Origin: Eledone cirrhosa
Taxonomy: Eukaryota
DNA length: 64,000 nt
Assembly: GCA_964016885.1 (NCBI GenBank)
Contig: OZ024747.1
Location: 15,624,001-15,688,000, forward strand
Direction of reading: 5' to 3'
Shown in pieces: positions 1-12,223 of this stretch. The notes below the pieces were generated by a model. It did no database searches. It was not told the DNA's origin and saw nothing but the letters and a program-made list of their open reading frames with translations. The position numbers and the translations under genes are program-made. Numbering within the stretch: position 1 is the stretch's first letter; each line of letters starts with the position of its first letter.

Positions 1-159
<159 letters not shown>

Positions 160-509
160 TGTGTGTGTGTTAATATATATAAATATATATACTTATAAGA
201 TGAAAGAGCAAAACGATAATAAAGGAAAGCAATGTATATAAGATGTGTCTTTGATATCCCGAGTTTCTAAATATATCTATAATATTCACGGGATAACGTC
301 AACTGTTTTTAGAAAGGAAAGGTAAACATAAACATATATCGTATTGCATCCTATACAAAAGACTGCTTGTTTTCAGAGACAAGTTAAAGTGTAGTTGAGT
401 GTCTGGGATTAGGAGAAACATAGGTAAAATATATATATATATATTTGTATATATATTTCTTATTAATATTACTATATATATATTTATACATATATATATA
501 TATATATAT

Positions 510-570
<61 letters not shown>

Positions 571-571
<1 letters not shown>

Positions 572-772
572 CAATAATAATAAATTTGAAGACTAAAATC
601 CAAAGAGGACTCGATAAGGATAAATATATATCAAATATATAAGAACCATAGAGCAAGTATTTATTAAAATAACAGATAAAAGTTTAAGCACATAATTGCT
701 GCTTTCACCCTTAACGGAATCTTCTGAAACTCAGCAGCGATTCTTAGCTTATACTTTAAACTGTTATTTTTA
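571..772 (-). mobile_element. Hairpin-plus-tail element, family E (PLE pLTR-like remnant) in (TA)n
   Basis: Imperfect inverted repeat 666-689 vs 747-770. Degenerate hammerhead-like core on the minus strand (CAGAAGA-ttccgttaagggt-GAAA). GCTC..TCGAGTCCT motif at 606-654. A short copy of the arm recurs near 60043-60070. Confidence 0.45.
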
Positions 773-792
773 TATATATATATATATATATG

Positions 793-1075
793 GAAAGTTA
801 TATTTAAATTGTTGGGTTACAACTAGTAAATATTTATAACTGATATAAAAGCACTCGACAAGTATTTGGAGTATATTTACGATATTAAATAAATGGAAAC
901 TATATTTATAAAACCATATTTATTTCGTTATATATATTTCAGGGATATCATATTAACAATATGCTATGCCTTCCTCAGACAAAATACAATATAGACAGTT
1001 TTATAGATATCCCAGAAATATATATAATGAAATAAATATGGTTTTATAAATATAGTTTCCATTTATTTAATATCG

Positions 1076-1077
<2 letters not shown>
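793..1077 (-). mobile_element. Hairpin-plus-tail element, family A copy 1 (PLE pLTR-like)
   Basis: Arms ~878-948 and ~1007-1077 are inverted. Homologous to 22971-23400 and 63322-63781. Flanked by (TA)n on both sides. Confidence 0.8.
921..986 (-). ncRNA. Type I hammerhead ribozyme (family A)
   Basis: Reverse complement reads TATTTTGT-CTGAGGA-AGGCATAGCATATT gtt AATATGATATCCCT-GAAA-TATATA-TA-ACGAAATA, giving stems I, II, III and the CUGANGA/GAAA core. Confidence 0.7.
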
Positions 1078-1104
<27 letters not shown>

Positions 1105-1108
<4 letters not shown>

Positions 1109-1279
1109 TTGTTTCTACTTTTGTCACAAGGCCAGCAATTACCAAGTGCATTACTGGTACTTTATTTTATCGTTTTATCGACCCCGAACGTCAGCCTCGG
1201 CGGGATTTGAACTCAGAGCATAAAGGGACGTAACTATGCTGGAAAGCATGGCGTCCGACCCTCTACCGATACTGCCAAT
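1105..1279 (-). mobile_element. tRNA-derived SINE (Meta/MESC-like core)
   Basis: Reverse complement matches the family seen at 29670-29849: A-box-like TGGCAGTATCGG, B box GAGTTCAAATCC, GGGGTCGATAAAATAAAGTACCAG, AGAAACAATTAT end. Confidence 0.85.
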
Positions 1280-1309
1280 ATACATATAATACATATATAT
1301 ATATACATC

Positions 1310-1775
1310 TGTTTTCCGTCTTTCTCTTTCTGTCAAGCACTTACACACAAACACAAACAGTAGCACACCGACATAGACATACACACATATATGTAGAATG
1401 TATGTATAGTATGTTCGTTAATATGCTGTATGTTTCATTAAAAACATTTTGAAGACCTTGCGCTATTATTTTAAAGTAGTGACTATGTCACTTACTTCTT
1501 TTTTCAGCAAATGATGGGAGATAAGCTGACAGATTTGTTTCACACTGTCGGTGTTTATCAGAGCCTTGTACCTGCCGACCTCTGCCGAAAATTATAGAGG
1601 CTTGATTCTTATAGAATTCCAGTAATAATCAGGAACTGATTATACAGAGCGATTGATATATATATATATATACATATATATGTATACCAGTTTTCCGTCC
1701 TTCTCTCTCTCTCAAACACTTACACACAAAGACAAAGAGTAGCACACCGACATAGACAGACACACATATATGTAT
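1310..1775 (+). repeat. Local direct duplication of ~86 bp (1310-1396 and 1690-1775)
   Basis: GTTTTCCGTC..CACTTACACACAAA..GTAGCACACCGACATAGACA..CACACATATATGTA is present twice with a few mismatches. Confidence 0.85.
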
Positions 1776-1793
1776 GTATATATATATATATAT

Positions 1794-4019
1794 ATAAATA
1801 AAATAACAGGAGGCTAGACTGGTGTAAATCCTTGAAAAGTTTATTATATTATGATCATTTCAATGACCGGGTTCCGTATGAATCAGGTGATATCATCAGG
1901 TATTCTAAATATAACAAATGAATAATAAAAATCCATGTGTCCGAAAATCAGAGACAGAGAGGGCGACTCACCAACTAGCTGTTTTCACCTCGGTCAGTCG
2001 CCCTCAAGTGATGGCAACTCGGTCTACTAATGACCATCTAGTGAGGGGGCGAAGGCTTATAATGTACTACCACCTCTCCGTCAGAGAAGAAAAAAAGAGA
2101 AGAAAAAAAGAAAAAAAGAAAAAAAAGAAAAAAAGAAAAAAAGAAAAAAAAAAGAAAAAAAGAAAAAAAGAAAAAAAAGAAGAAAAGTCCGCATAGGGTC
2201 ACACTACAGTCATGCTAGAAGACGCCGCGAAAAATGTTATTCCAAAGAACCCATATTTTAACAAAGGCATATATATGGGTGTCTGTATGGTCTAATGTGT
2301 GAACAGTCCAGCCTCCTGTTATTGTATTTATAATAATTAACTCCGTATTAGCACCACCAACTACACAAAAGAACACGGGTGAACTGCACTACGTTGAGTA
2401 CTCTCCATAATATTACATCAAGATTGACCATAGGGAATGACCAATTTGCTCCAGTGGTGAACCAACAAACCTAAATAAATAATGCTCTAATAATGTTGAG
2501 CACTTCCAGATGTTATATTGAACAGCGGCACTAACTTCAGTGTACAGCTATTGCCAGCATGAGATTAAGTGATCTACTTACCATTCGGATTTTGGCTGCT
2601 CTGTGCTCTGTCTACCGCCCACCCTATTCAATGCTGCTTCCTTGTCGGGAATATTCGGATTTCGACAAAATTCTTCGTATTATACTTAAGCATGTATTGT
2701 ATTGACTGAATTCTCTACTCTATACCTCAGGACCTTTTTGTGATTCACACTGAATTCGGAGACCCGAACTTTACACTAGGTACCACCTGATACCATTCCA
2801 TCTCTTCCATCCTCTATATCTATATGTACAACCTTGTATTATCTTACTGCAACTTGACCTATTTTGTATTTCCCCTATGCTTTGATTCCTCCGATATGTT
2901 CTTATATATTTCCGTCTTACGACATCACTACCCTAGCTATGACGGCGTTTTATTTATTTATGTATTTTACTTTTTACTTTTTACCTTATTAATGTATTTT
3001 TATTAATGTATTTTTTATTTATTTTTTTATTATTTATCTTTGTATTTTTATCTTTGTATCCTGCTTTTATTTATTTGTGATTTTCTGCTTATTATTCCTT
3101 ACTCAGGTCATTATGCACCATTCATAGTTCCCTACCCACCAAAGAACCACATTACTTATAACCCGGACTAACTGGAACTTAAAAATAATTATAGTCTATT
3201 GACACTTTTCATTGGGTTTTACCACTTTCGACTGATGTGGTGGATTTCCCGGCTGTGCGCCGGGCGCTCAGAAACTTAAGCCTTCCTTGAGTGCTTTGAA
3301 AAATAAATTTCCCCTCTTTCGGTAAACGAAACTACTCGGAGCGACTCGATTTGCCCCGGGGCCCGCCGCACCGCCTGTTTTGACCGCCACATTATAATCA
3401 TACCTATAAACTCTAGGCTTAGGCATTACTGTTAGCTGTACCATGCCTCCCTCTGCTGGCACGTAAATAAACCCCTCCTGTGTGAATTAATAGTATTCGC
3501 TTGGTATAGACGATGGCCTGTAGAAGCTGGTTGACTTCCCGCTAGCACACCCGAATCCTATCGCAGTTACGTTCCTAGAGTAGTCGGAAAATTAATTTCC
3601 ATTTATTTCGCTAGAGGATACCAGTCGAAACTGGCTGACATGTGGTTAGGAGGTGCTGGCTGAGATTTACAATCGAAGGCTTTTATCTTTACATTCTATC
3701 CCACATTGATAACTTATCGAGATTCCCTATAATACACTTAAACTTTTTCATATAAGACTCTCTCTGTAATTTCATTAAATAAATCTCGCAACACAAACCT
3801 TTAATTTTCTATTCATTTTCTAATAATTTAATTTCATCCTATAACTCTTAACATAAGTTAACGTTCCATTTTCTGTTCGCACATTAGACCATACAGACAC
3901 CCATATATATGCCTTTGTTAAAATATGGGTTCTTTGGAATAACATCTTTCGCGGCGTCTGCTAGCATGACTGTAGTGTGACCCTTACGCTGATTTTCTTT
4001 CTTTCTTTCTTTCTTTATT

Positions 4020-4074
<55 letters not shown>

Positions 4075-4527
4075 ACTCTTTTTTCTTCTCTGACGGAGAG
4101 GTGGTAGTACATTATAAGCCCTCGCCTCCTCACCAGATGGTCATTAGTAGACCGAGTTGCCATCACTTGAGGGCGACTGACCGAGGTGAAAGCAGATAGT
4201 TGGTGAGTCGTCCACTCAGTCTCTGTTTTTGGGACCCATGGATTTTATATATTCCTTTGTTATATAGCGAATACCTGATGATATCACCGGATTCATACGG
4301 AACCCAGTCATTGAAATGATCATAGTATAATAAAACTTTCAAGGATTTACACCAGTCCAGCCTCCTGTTATTTTATTTATAATAATTAACTCCGTATTAG
4401 CACCACCAACTACACAAACGAAGACGGGTGAACTGCACTACGTTGAGTACTCTCCATAATATTACATCAAGATAGACTATACGGAATGACCAATTCTATC
4501 CAGTGGTGAACCAACAAACCTAAATAA
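1794..4527 (+). mobile_element. Non-coding hammerhead-bearing retroelement, family D (non-autonomous PLE/retrozyme-like): inverted 3' copy, 175-bp direct terminal repeats, ~1.9 kb between the repeats
   Basis: 1794-2306 is the reverse complement of 3873-4380. 2304-2478 is a direct repeat of 4353-4527. Hammerhead at 4271-4328 and its inverse at 1846-1903. (TA)n on both sides. No recognisable ORF. Confidence 0.8.
4271..4328 (+). ncRNA. Type I hammerhead ribozyme (family D); inverted twin at 1846-1903 (-)
   Basis: ATAC-CTGATGA-tatcaccggattc atacg gaacccagtcatt-GAAA-TGATCA-TA-GTAT, then AATAAA. Stem III is the palindrome ATGATCAT. Confidence 0.7.
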
Positions 4528-4548
4528 TATATATATATATATATATAT

Positions 4549-4868
4549 AGTTTAGCGAGGTTTTTTATATGAAATCGTGTGTCGAAACAGATATTGTTAT
4601 ACTTGGGGAGGGTCATATTTGGTGAACTGACGATGTTGCAGATGTGCAACGAAAGATTTATGTAAATTACGTAAACTATATATATGTGTTTGTGTCTATA
4701 TTGTATCTGTATTAGTTTTGAGCGTCGGTCAGTCAATGGCAACATTGAGGACCGAGTAAGTTAGATCGCAGATATAAAAGACAGCGAGAAGCGAAAACCA
4801 ACCAAACAGTGAGTGTGTTCTGTTATTAATTCTGGCAATATTACGCAAATATGACCCTCCCCAGGTAT

Positions 4869-4876
<8 letters not shown>
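4549..4876. mobile_element. (TA)n-embedded element with 30-bp inverted repeats and a hammerhead-like core (family G); related copy at ~56535-56670
   Basis: ATATTGTTATACTTGGGGAGGGTCATATTT (4591-4620) is inverted at 4847-4876. CTGACGA-T-GTTGCA-gatg-TGCAAC-GAAA at 4627-4654. AATATGACCCTCCCCAA.TATAACAATAT..ACACACGATTTCATAT recurs at 56597-56648. Confidence 0.55.
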
Positions 4877-4915
<39 letters not shown>

Positions 4916-4929
4916 GACACACATATATG

Positions 4930-4980
<51 letters not shown>

Positions 4981-4994
4981 GACACACATATATG

Positions 4995-5063
<69 letters not shown>

Positions 5064-5594
5064 GACACACATATATGTATATTATATATATATATATATA
5101 TTTCTCTATATTTTATTACATATATTTACCACTGCGATTCTGTGTTTTTTTCTCTCTCTCTCTTACTGCTCCCCCAGTCTCTCTGTTTCTCCCCCTCTGT
5201 CATGTCAGTTAACTCTTCCTCACACTTTCACTCACTCACTGTTTCTCTTCTCTTCATTTCATCCTGTACACCACGAAGGCTATTTTTCTCTCTTCTCACA
5301 TGACCAGAGTTCGTGTCAGGTCTGTTTTCTAAAAGCTCATATATTCACCTAGCTTATGCTAAACAGAATAATTTTGAAGCTTGTTTCTTTCCCCTACGGT
5401 TAGCTATACTCTGTGTTGTTCTCCTGTCTCACTCGCTCTACGCGTTTCAATTGTCCTAATAACTTATTTTGGTTATTATTGCACCGACGTGAGGTATATG
5501 ATTTTTAATGCAATGAAATATCGATGATCGTCGGCAAATCACTGATGAGGGACTCATTTTATTACATGTTATCCATGTGCTACCTGCAGTATTT

Positions 5595-5668
<74 letters not shown>

Positions 5669-5689
5669 GGTATTTGCCAGTATAACTGT

Positions 5690-5978
5690 AAAGTTACGAG
5701 GCTTAGTCACGTTTTGAATTCAATTCCATCACCGGGTGACATGTCCTTGAGCAAGACATTTCTGTTTTCTCAAGATCACTCCCGTGCAGAATTGCGTTGC
5801 GATATCACAAGTGCAAAGATGCATCATCCAGTCTTTTCTATTGGATAACATCGAGGACTAATATACATTGGCGTTTGCTAGTATTCTACTGAAGCATCTT
5901 TCTCTGGGTTTGTGCCTTAGACGGGTCATTTCTAGGTGCAAAAGTATCGGTCATTCGTTAGCAAAGTGTGACACTCTT
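5690..5978 (+). mobile_element. Old SINE of a second family (degenerate)
   Basis: B-box-like GAATTCAATTCC followed by TGTCCTTGAGCAAGACATT, a segment typical of CORE/V-type SINE cores. Confidence 0.4.
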
Positions 5979-6012
5979 TACATTCTTACACGCACACTTA
6001 CAGGCACATACT

Positions 6013-6045
<33 letters not shown>

Positions 6046-6047
6046 AA

Positions 6048-6114
<67 letters not shown>

Positions 6115-6402
6115 CTCAAACTCATATGTATACATTTGTGAGTGTACATATGTGTGTATATATATATACACAAACTGAGATTCATATGTATATATGTGTA
6201 GGTGAATTGATTTAATCGTTTGTATTTGTGTAAAAGTTACTAATATTCAATGTTTTCGTATATTCATAACATGAGTATATATTTTTTAGAATCTAGTTTC
6301 CTGATTGCATTATATCCTATCTAAATCCACACACTCAGATACACATACACTCATGCATACATACATATTCACACACACACATTCACACACAAACCCACAC
6401 AC

Positions 6403-6471
<69 letters not shown>

Positions 6472-8640
6472 TATATATACACACATACATATGTATGTTC
6501 TTCGGGTTTTATAATTTTATGAATATTGTATATTTTCATACAGTATATTACTGGATATAAATGCAGGTGTAAATTGTTCTATCATCTGACGGAATTTTGT
6601 TCGTGTTTGAAGGTATTTCAGGAAAACAATGCAGAAGTAAAAATGATTTAGATATATACATATATATATCATTGTGTTTTCATTCTTATTTTTTTTCCTT
6701 GGAAAATGTTCATTTAATCTATCGATATCATTTTTTTCAAATATATTTTTAAATGTATTGCTTTTTCTTTGTTTCCTAAAATATCTGTTTAATCTTTGTC
6801 ATTTACTGCTGTTTATCTCACACAATATTCATTTCTTATAGTAAAGAAACCTTTATTGTATGTTTGCTTCTTTTTCGTTTATTTTACTTTCAAAATATTT
6901 CCTGTTGTTTTTGCTTTGTTTGAGTTTATTTTTTTTATATTTTATACACAAAATAATACACATGTGTACTTACATGATAGATGCCTGTGGATGAATGGGG
7001 AGTGTAGTTTGTCTATCAGAATACAATGCTACATATATTAGCGAAAAGATATACTGCTGTTTATTTCACACAATATCATACAACATTCAATTGTTTGTTC
7101 ATTCATGATTTGCAAAGTTATTCGGGATTTTGTTCTCATCAAACTCTATATTAGAAGAAATAATATCCTACAAGAAATTCAAAATACAAAACCTCCATAT
7201 TAACAGGAAATCACAAGTATGCACACACGAGAACATGATAAATATGACCGTTGAGAATTAAACATTCGACTGCAATAATATAAATTGTACTATTCATAAA
7301 ATAGGTAGTTACTTTGCCCATACAAGTCCAGCCTTCTTTTGAACAATCGCCACGCATTTAAAACAAGGGAGAATTGCAACACCTTACACCACCATTTAAA
7401 AAACAAAATAAGATATGGTAACAATAATTGAAATATGACTGTATCCTACATAAAACTGAGTGAAAATAGATATTTAATCATGGAATCAACAGGTATGTTC
7501 TAATTTGGTGCCTATATCAACATCTAATATGGTGACATGTACACGAGTGGCTTATGCACACCATGAGCGGATATGATATGTGAGTTTATCGAGTTTAAAA
7601 TACGAATTCCAGTAGGAATGTCATGGTGATTGCGAGGTGAGAATTGCACATATATTCAGAAAATTCAAATTTCTATCGTAAGAGGCAATAAAAATAAAGC
7701 AACAACTCTTCTAACGATGAAATCGTATGCGCCTGAAATCTTCAACAAAGTCATGGACGTAAGAAAGTTGCTTCAAAGTTGTTAAAAAGCCTTATTAAAA
7801 TTTCTTTCTAATTGAAACTGAAATTTAGTCATGTCTTCAAGATCACATGTATCAAAAGAAGGATTCTTCTATATGAATATATAAATTACATATATACTCT
7901 ACGGAGAAGATTAATTATCCGTTTCTTTTTACAATGTTTGATATTTACTTTTAGCGTTAATATGTGAATATCAGCATTTACTTAAATATGATTGCTATTA
8001 TTACTGTTGTTATTATTGTGTTGTTGGAATGGTGATGTTCGTTTATAATTTAAATGGTTTTCAATCCCATTTATGAATGCACGTTATTTCAAGCCATCAT
8101 TATTATAGAACGAACAAATAAACAACGAAAGAAAACATTAGCTATTTATTTGCAAACTTTTTCTCCCATTTTAATTCATTATCTGCCATGCTATTTTCTC
8201 TTATTATTTTTACATCCTGATGTGATGCGAAACAATAACATCGAATTATAAAAGTGTTATATTGCATCGATATAGGATTTTAAATTTCACCTCTAACATA
8301 CTATAGTTTCGTCTTAGAAAAAATAAAGGACAACATTTCATGTGAAACCATACACAGCACGTTTCATTTATATTGTTTTTATGCGACAACGTGTTAGAAA
8401 TACTCAAAATATTCGAAATGAAATGAAATATAACTAGGATATTTCAGTGTATTGTTCAGATCATATTTGGAGAGAGATATGTAAATGATAAATTAAAATA
8501 ATACATTTAAGAGTACGATAGAAGGAGGGCCAAGAGGTCCAATGTATTTCGAAGCACCGTCTGTCGCAAAACCGCTTTTGCGCTAATGCAGAAACCATGT
8601 TTAAATACGACGTCTCAGACTTTTCACTATTATTTTAGTA

Positions 8641-8688
8641 CCAGTAATGCACTGGGTAATTGCTAGCCTTGTGCCTAAAGTAGAAACA
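8641..8688 (+). mobile_element. 5'-truncated SINE 3' end with 12-bp target-site duplication
   Basis: CCAGTAATGCACTGGGTAATTGCTAGCCTTGTGCCTAAAGTAGAAACA flanked by ATTATTTTAGTA at 8629-8640 and 8689-8700. Confidence 0.85.
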
Positions 8689-9049
8689 ATTATTTTAGTA
8701 TCGGAATAATGATCCGTACTGAGAGAACCACATTTTTTTGTACAATAAAAATCATGTAAAATACAAACTAATTTTTTAATGAGACTTTTGTTCCCAGCAC
8801 ATTTAAAGGGCTAAATGTATAGTTTAAACAAAGTGTAGTACATTAAACAATGATGAAAAACATTTGTATGGGCGTGATATTTTACTATTTAATTTATCAA
8901 AAGATATCTTCCATATTGCATAAGTAGAAGGCATACAATTATTCCGAGTATTTCTTATATGTAACTGAATATAGTACATATGAACACAGACCCACACAAA
9001 TACACCTATACACATACGCACTCAAGAGTATATATATAAATATATATAT

Positions 9050-9219
9050 ATCATATTTAATATAGAAAGGGCTTCTACAGAACTAGAACTGTTTCATTCG
9101 GATGAAATCATTAGGAATACAATTCTAGTCATGTAGAAGCACTTTCTATATTAAATATGATGTTACATTCTACCTCGGTATTGAGTACTCCTTTCTCTCA
9201 GCCGTAAACCACATACGAA
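9050..9219 (+). mobile_element. Hairpin-plus-tail element, family B copy 1
   Basis: Arms 9050-9088 and 9123-9161 are inverted. The minus strand holds CTAATGA-tttcatccgaat-GAAACAGTTCTAG. Tail with ATTC-TAC ctcg GTA-TT-GAGTACT. Homologous to 59119-59308. Confidence 0.7.
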
Positions 9220-10894
9220 TATATATATACATACATACATGTGTGTGAATGTATGTGTATGTGACCTATGTGAGCGGGAGATAGATAGATAGACAAATAC
9301 ATTAATTCTGTAAATTTGAAAAAAATACTATATCATGTATAAATTATATTTAAAGTCCCGGAAAGGTCTAGGGTTAGTAACGACAATCAATATGCAATAA
9401 ATGTGAAGAAAAAATCAAGCTGCGGAATTGTGTTTATAATTCCAGCACGTCTATTCCACTATAACTCGATTCTTTGGTATTTATTCGTATAGAGAATAGA
9501 CACAAATGACAGAGACGACTGGAAAGTAAGAGCCAGTGAGAAAGGAAAGAGATTTTAAAGAGAAGGAACGTTATATACAATATGGCGGTTAGTAAATCTA
9601 TTATCTAATATTCTAAGAATTTATAAAAGAAGCATTCTGCACCATTTGTTACAATAATAGCGACAACACCATCAGCGGCTGCAAAAGCCACGCGAATAGA
9701 AATCGTAGTTCAACTTTCAATAGTAACTCAGATATCAATTAACGAGACTTTCTTAGTGCATAACATTTTGTAACGCGCCATATGAGTTCCTATCGAGAAT
9801 ATTAATTACTTTTGTTGCGTCAGCATCTGCTTCTTCACGGGAATGTGACATGCGTACATCTTCCACATTGTTCGCCCTTTAAAGAGTTTAACAAAACCAT
9901 TGATTGATTGTGTGTGATATGAATGGAGGTACATTATTACCGAATCAATAGAATAGATAGCAGAATAGTTTATCACTGATTGCTTCCAATAAATCTCGTT
10001 ATTTGTCAGTCAAGCGATAAGCAAATATATTCAGTTTATCACAAGTAAATAATAAAATCATACTCATCAATGCAATATCTCAATAATGCAATAGTAAGTA
10101 TAATGTAGGTAATTTGTTTATGATTGGCTATCAGTTATATATCAATTAAAAATATTGCCTTCACAATGGAAGGTTTATGATAATTCTGTTTTCTTTCTCT
10201 CTTTTATGATATTTTAATTAACTTTGAATAACGTCACGATAGTCAAACAAGAAATTTTGAATACTTGTCTACATGTGACAATTTCTGATCTTATATGGTA
10301 ACTGATTTTATCTATTCAAAAACAATAATTATGTATCTATTACATATACAGTATAGGATAAACTGTGTCGGCGGGAATGTGGTTATGCGTATTTACATTA
10401 AGTATACAAATATGAATCATGTCATATTTTCGAGTTTCTCTGAATGTTAAATACAAAATGAACGCACTTAATCCACTTTCGACCCTTTTTAGTGTTTATC
10501 AGAAATATCATTATCATTGATGAACCACAGCCATATTGCAATGGAGGTTCTAATTTCCGTAGTGTTAGTGCTTAGGTTGGTAGTTAACAAGCATTTAAAC
10601 CGACAATATCCGGCCAGAATTCTCTCACCTCATTCTGTTCAAACTGGCTATAACCGGCCGTTCATACTCATGTGAAGGTGTTGTTTTCAAAATAAATAAA
10701 ATCAGAATCTCATAGATTCCATATTATGTGAGATAATTATGAAGAAAGCCTTTACGTGAAAATACAATAGTAAATATAGAATGATGTAAATGCTAAAGGG
10801 TTAAATATCCATTCTGAAGGTAATCTTCAAGCGCAGGCTTGTTCTAAATGTTTTCAAGTGAACTATGCTAAAGGCCCTCAATGTCAAGGAAAGG

Positions 10895-11292
10895 ATGTGA
10901 AATCTGGCGACTTGTTATGTGTACGTTATGATCTGTGGTGAAGTAAAGTGACTAGCTTGAACTGTTTCGCTTCGATCCAATGTCAATCACGTTTGTGCCA
11001 CTGGAGTCTATTGTGAAAGGTATCTACACAACGAGGTCACACACAGGGATAGAAGCAAAAAGAAAGTGGATGGTGATAATTATTATCACCATCAGCATAA
11101 TCACCGTTAGCGATTCAACGTGCTTTTTGTTTCTATCCCTGTGTGTGATCTGATTGTGTAGACATCTTCTACAATAGACTCCAGTGGCACAAACGTGATT
11201 GAAATTGGATCGAAGCGAAACAGTTCAAGCTAGTCACTTTACTTCACCACACATCATGATGTACACATAACAAGTCGCCAGTTTTCACATCA
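10895..11292. repeat. Long inverted repeat (~168-bp arms, ~60-bp spacer)
   Basis: 10895-11062 is the reverse complement of 11123-11292 with scattered mismatches. The spacer holds its own hairpin GATGGTGATAAT-t-ATTATCACCATC. Confidence 0.9.
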
Positions 11293-11296
11293 CTGC

Positions 11297-11512
11297 GTTT
11301 CTGATATAGGCGCAAGGCCACCAATTTTTGTGGGGAGGGGAAAGTCGATTAAATTGACCCCAGTGCGTTACTGGTACTTTAATTTATCGACCCCGTAAGG
11401 ATGAATGGCAAATTAGCCTCAGCGGGATTTGAACTCAGATAATAAAGGGCCGTAACTCTATGCTGCAAAGCATGGCGTCCGACCCTCTACTGGCACTGCC
11501 AATCTACTCCCC
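11297..11512 (-). mobile_element. tRNA-derived SINE (long 3' variant)
   Basis: Reverse-complement match to the family, including the extra GGTCAATTTAATCGACTTTCCCCTCCCC segment. Confidence 0.85.
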
Positions 11513-11809
11513 CTGTTGATGGTGATAATAATGATGATGTTAATAGTTCTGTATGCTGGTCATGTTATTAGTATTATCTACACTTGACATTTTCTGTTAC
11601 AAAAACAATGACTACAGATGTCGTAGAAGCTGGTAATCATTATCATCCAGATCTTTATTTTGCTCGTCATCGACGATATTGTATAAATCGTGAGGGTGAT
11701 GTTATTTGGTAAAGTTATTCGCTCTTTACCCCAGTTTCTATCATTATTGAACAGGTCTATTATCAAATGCGTTCTTGTTGAGATTTATATTGATATATAC
11801 TCCCAATGA

Positions 11810-11954
11810 AGTATTTAGGCTATGGTCCTTTACCTTCTGAATTCTAATCTCGCTAAGATTTGCTTTGCCTTTCATCTTTTAAGGAGTCTATAAAATAAAG
11901 TACCAGTAATACATTGATAATTACTGGCCTTGTTCCTAAAGTAGAAACAATTAT
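11810..11954 (+). mobile_element. tRNA-derived SINE, diverged and partial
   Basis: CTTTGCCTTTCATC..ATAAAATAAAGTACCAGTAAT..TAATTACTGGCCTTGTTCCTAAAGTAGAAACAATTAT. Confidence 0.75.
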
Positions 11955-12223
11955 CATTATCGTTGTTATTTTTTATTAGTATTATTATTATTATTATTAC
12001 ATTTCGGCTAATAATACAAGATTGTCTTTATCATTATTCTTTCCGTGTCACATTTCGGTCCATGACTACTTCAATACCTATGATGTACGTGACAAAACAG
12101 CACTTACTTGACCATTGAATACGAAGAAAAAGACATCTCTCTCTGGATGGACAACTGTCCGTAACAATTGAATAAACAGCTTTTCATTGAGATTACTATT
12201 AACACTAGATTTCACTACAACGT

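Noticed and set aside
1918-4166. Twin ORFs MATRSTNDHLVR... on opposite strands
   Set aside because: A consequence of the inverted repeat of element D; both run into A-rich microsatellite and are antisense to the hammerhead strand.
4872-5100. CRISPR-like repeat-spacer pattern
   Set aside because: The spacers are (TA)n; eukaryotic compound microsatellite, no cas genes.
6804-7076. 25-bp direct repeat TACTGCTGTTTAT(C/T)TCACACAATAT ~248 bp apart
   Set aside because: Could be a TSD or a local duplication, but the enclosed sequence has no recognisable element features.
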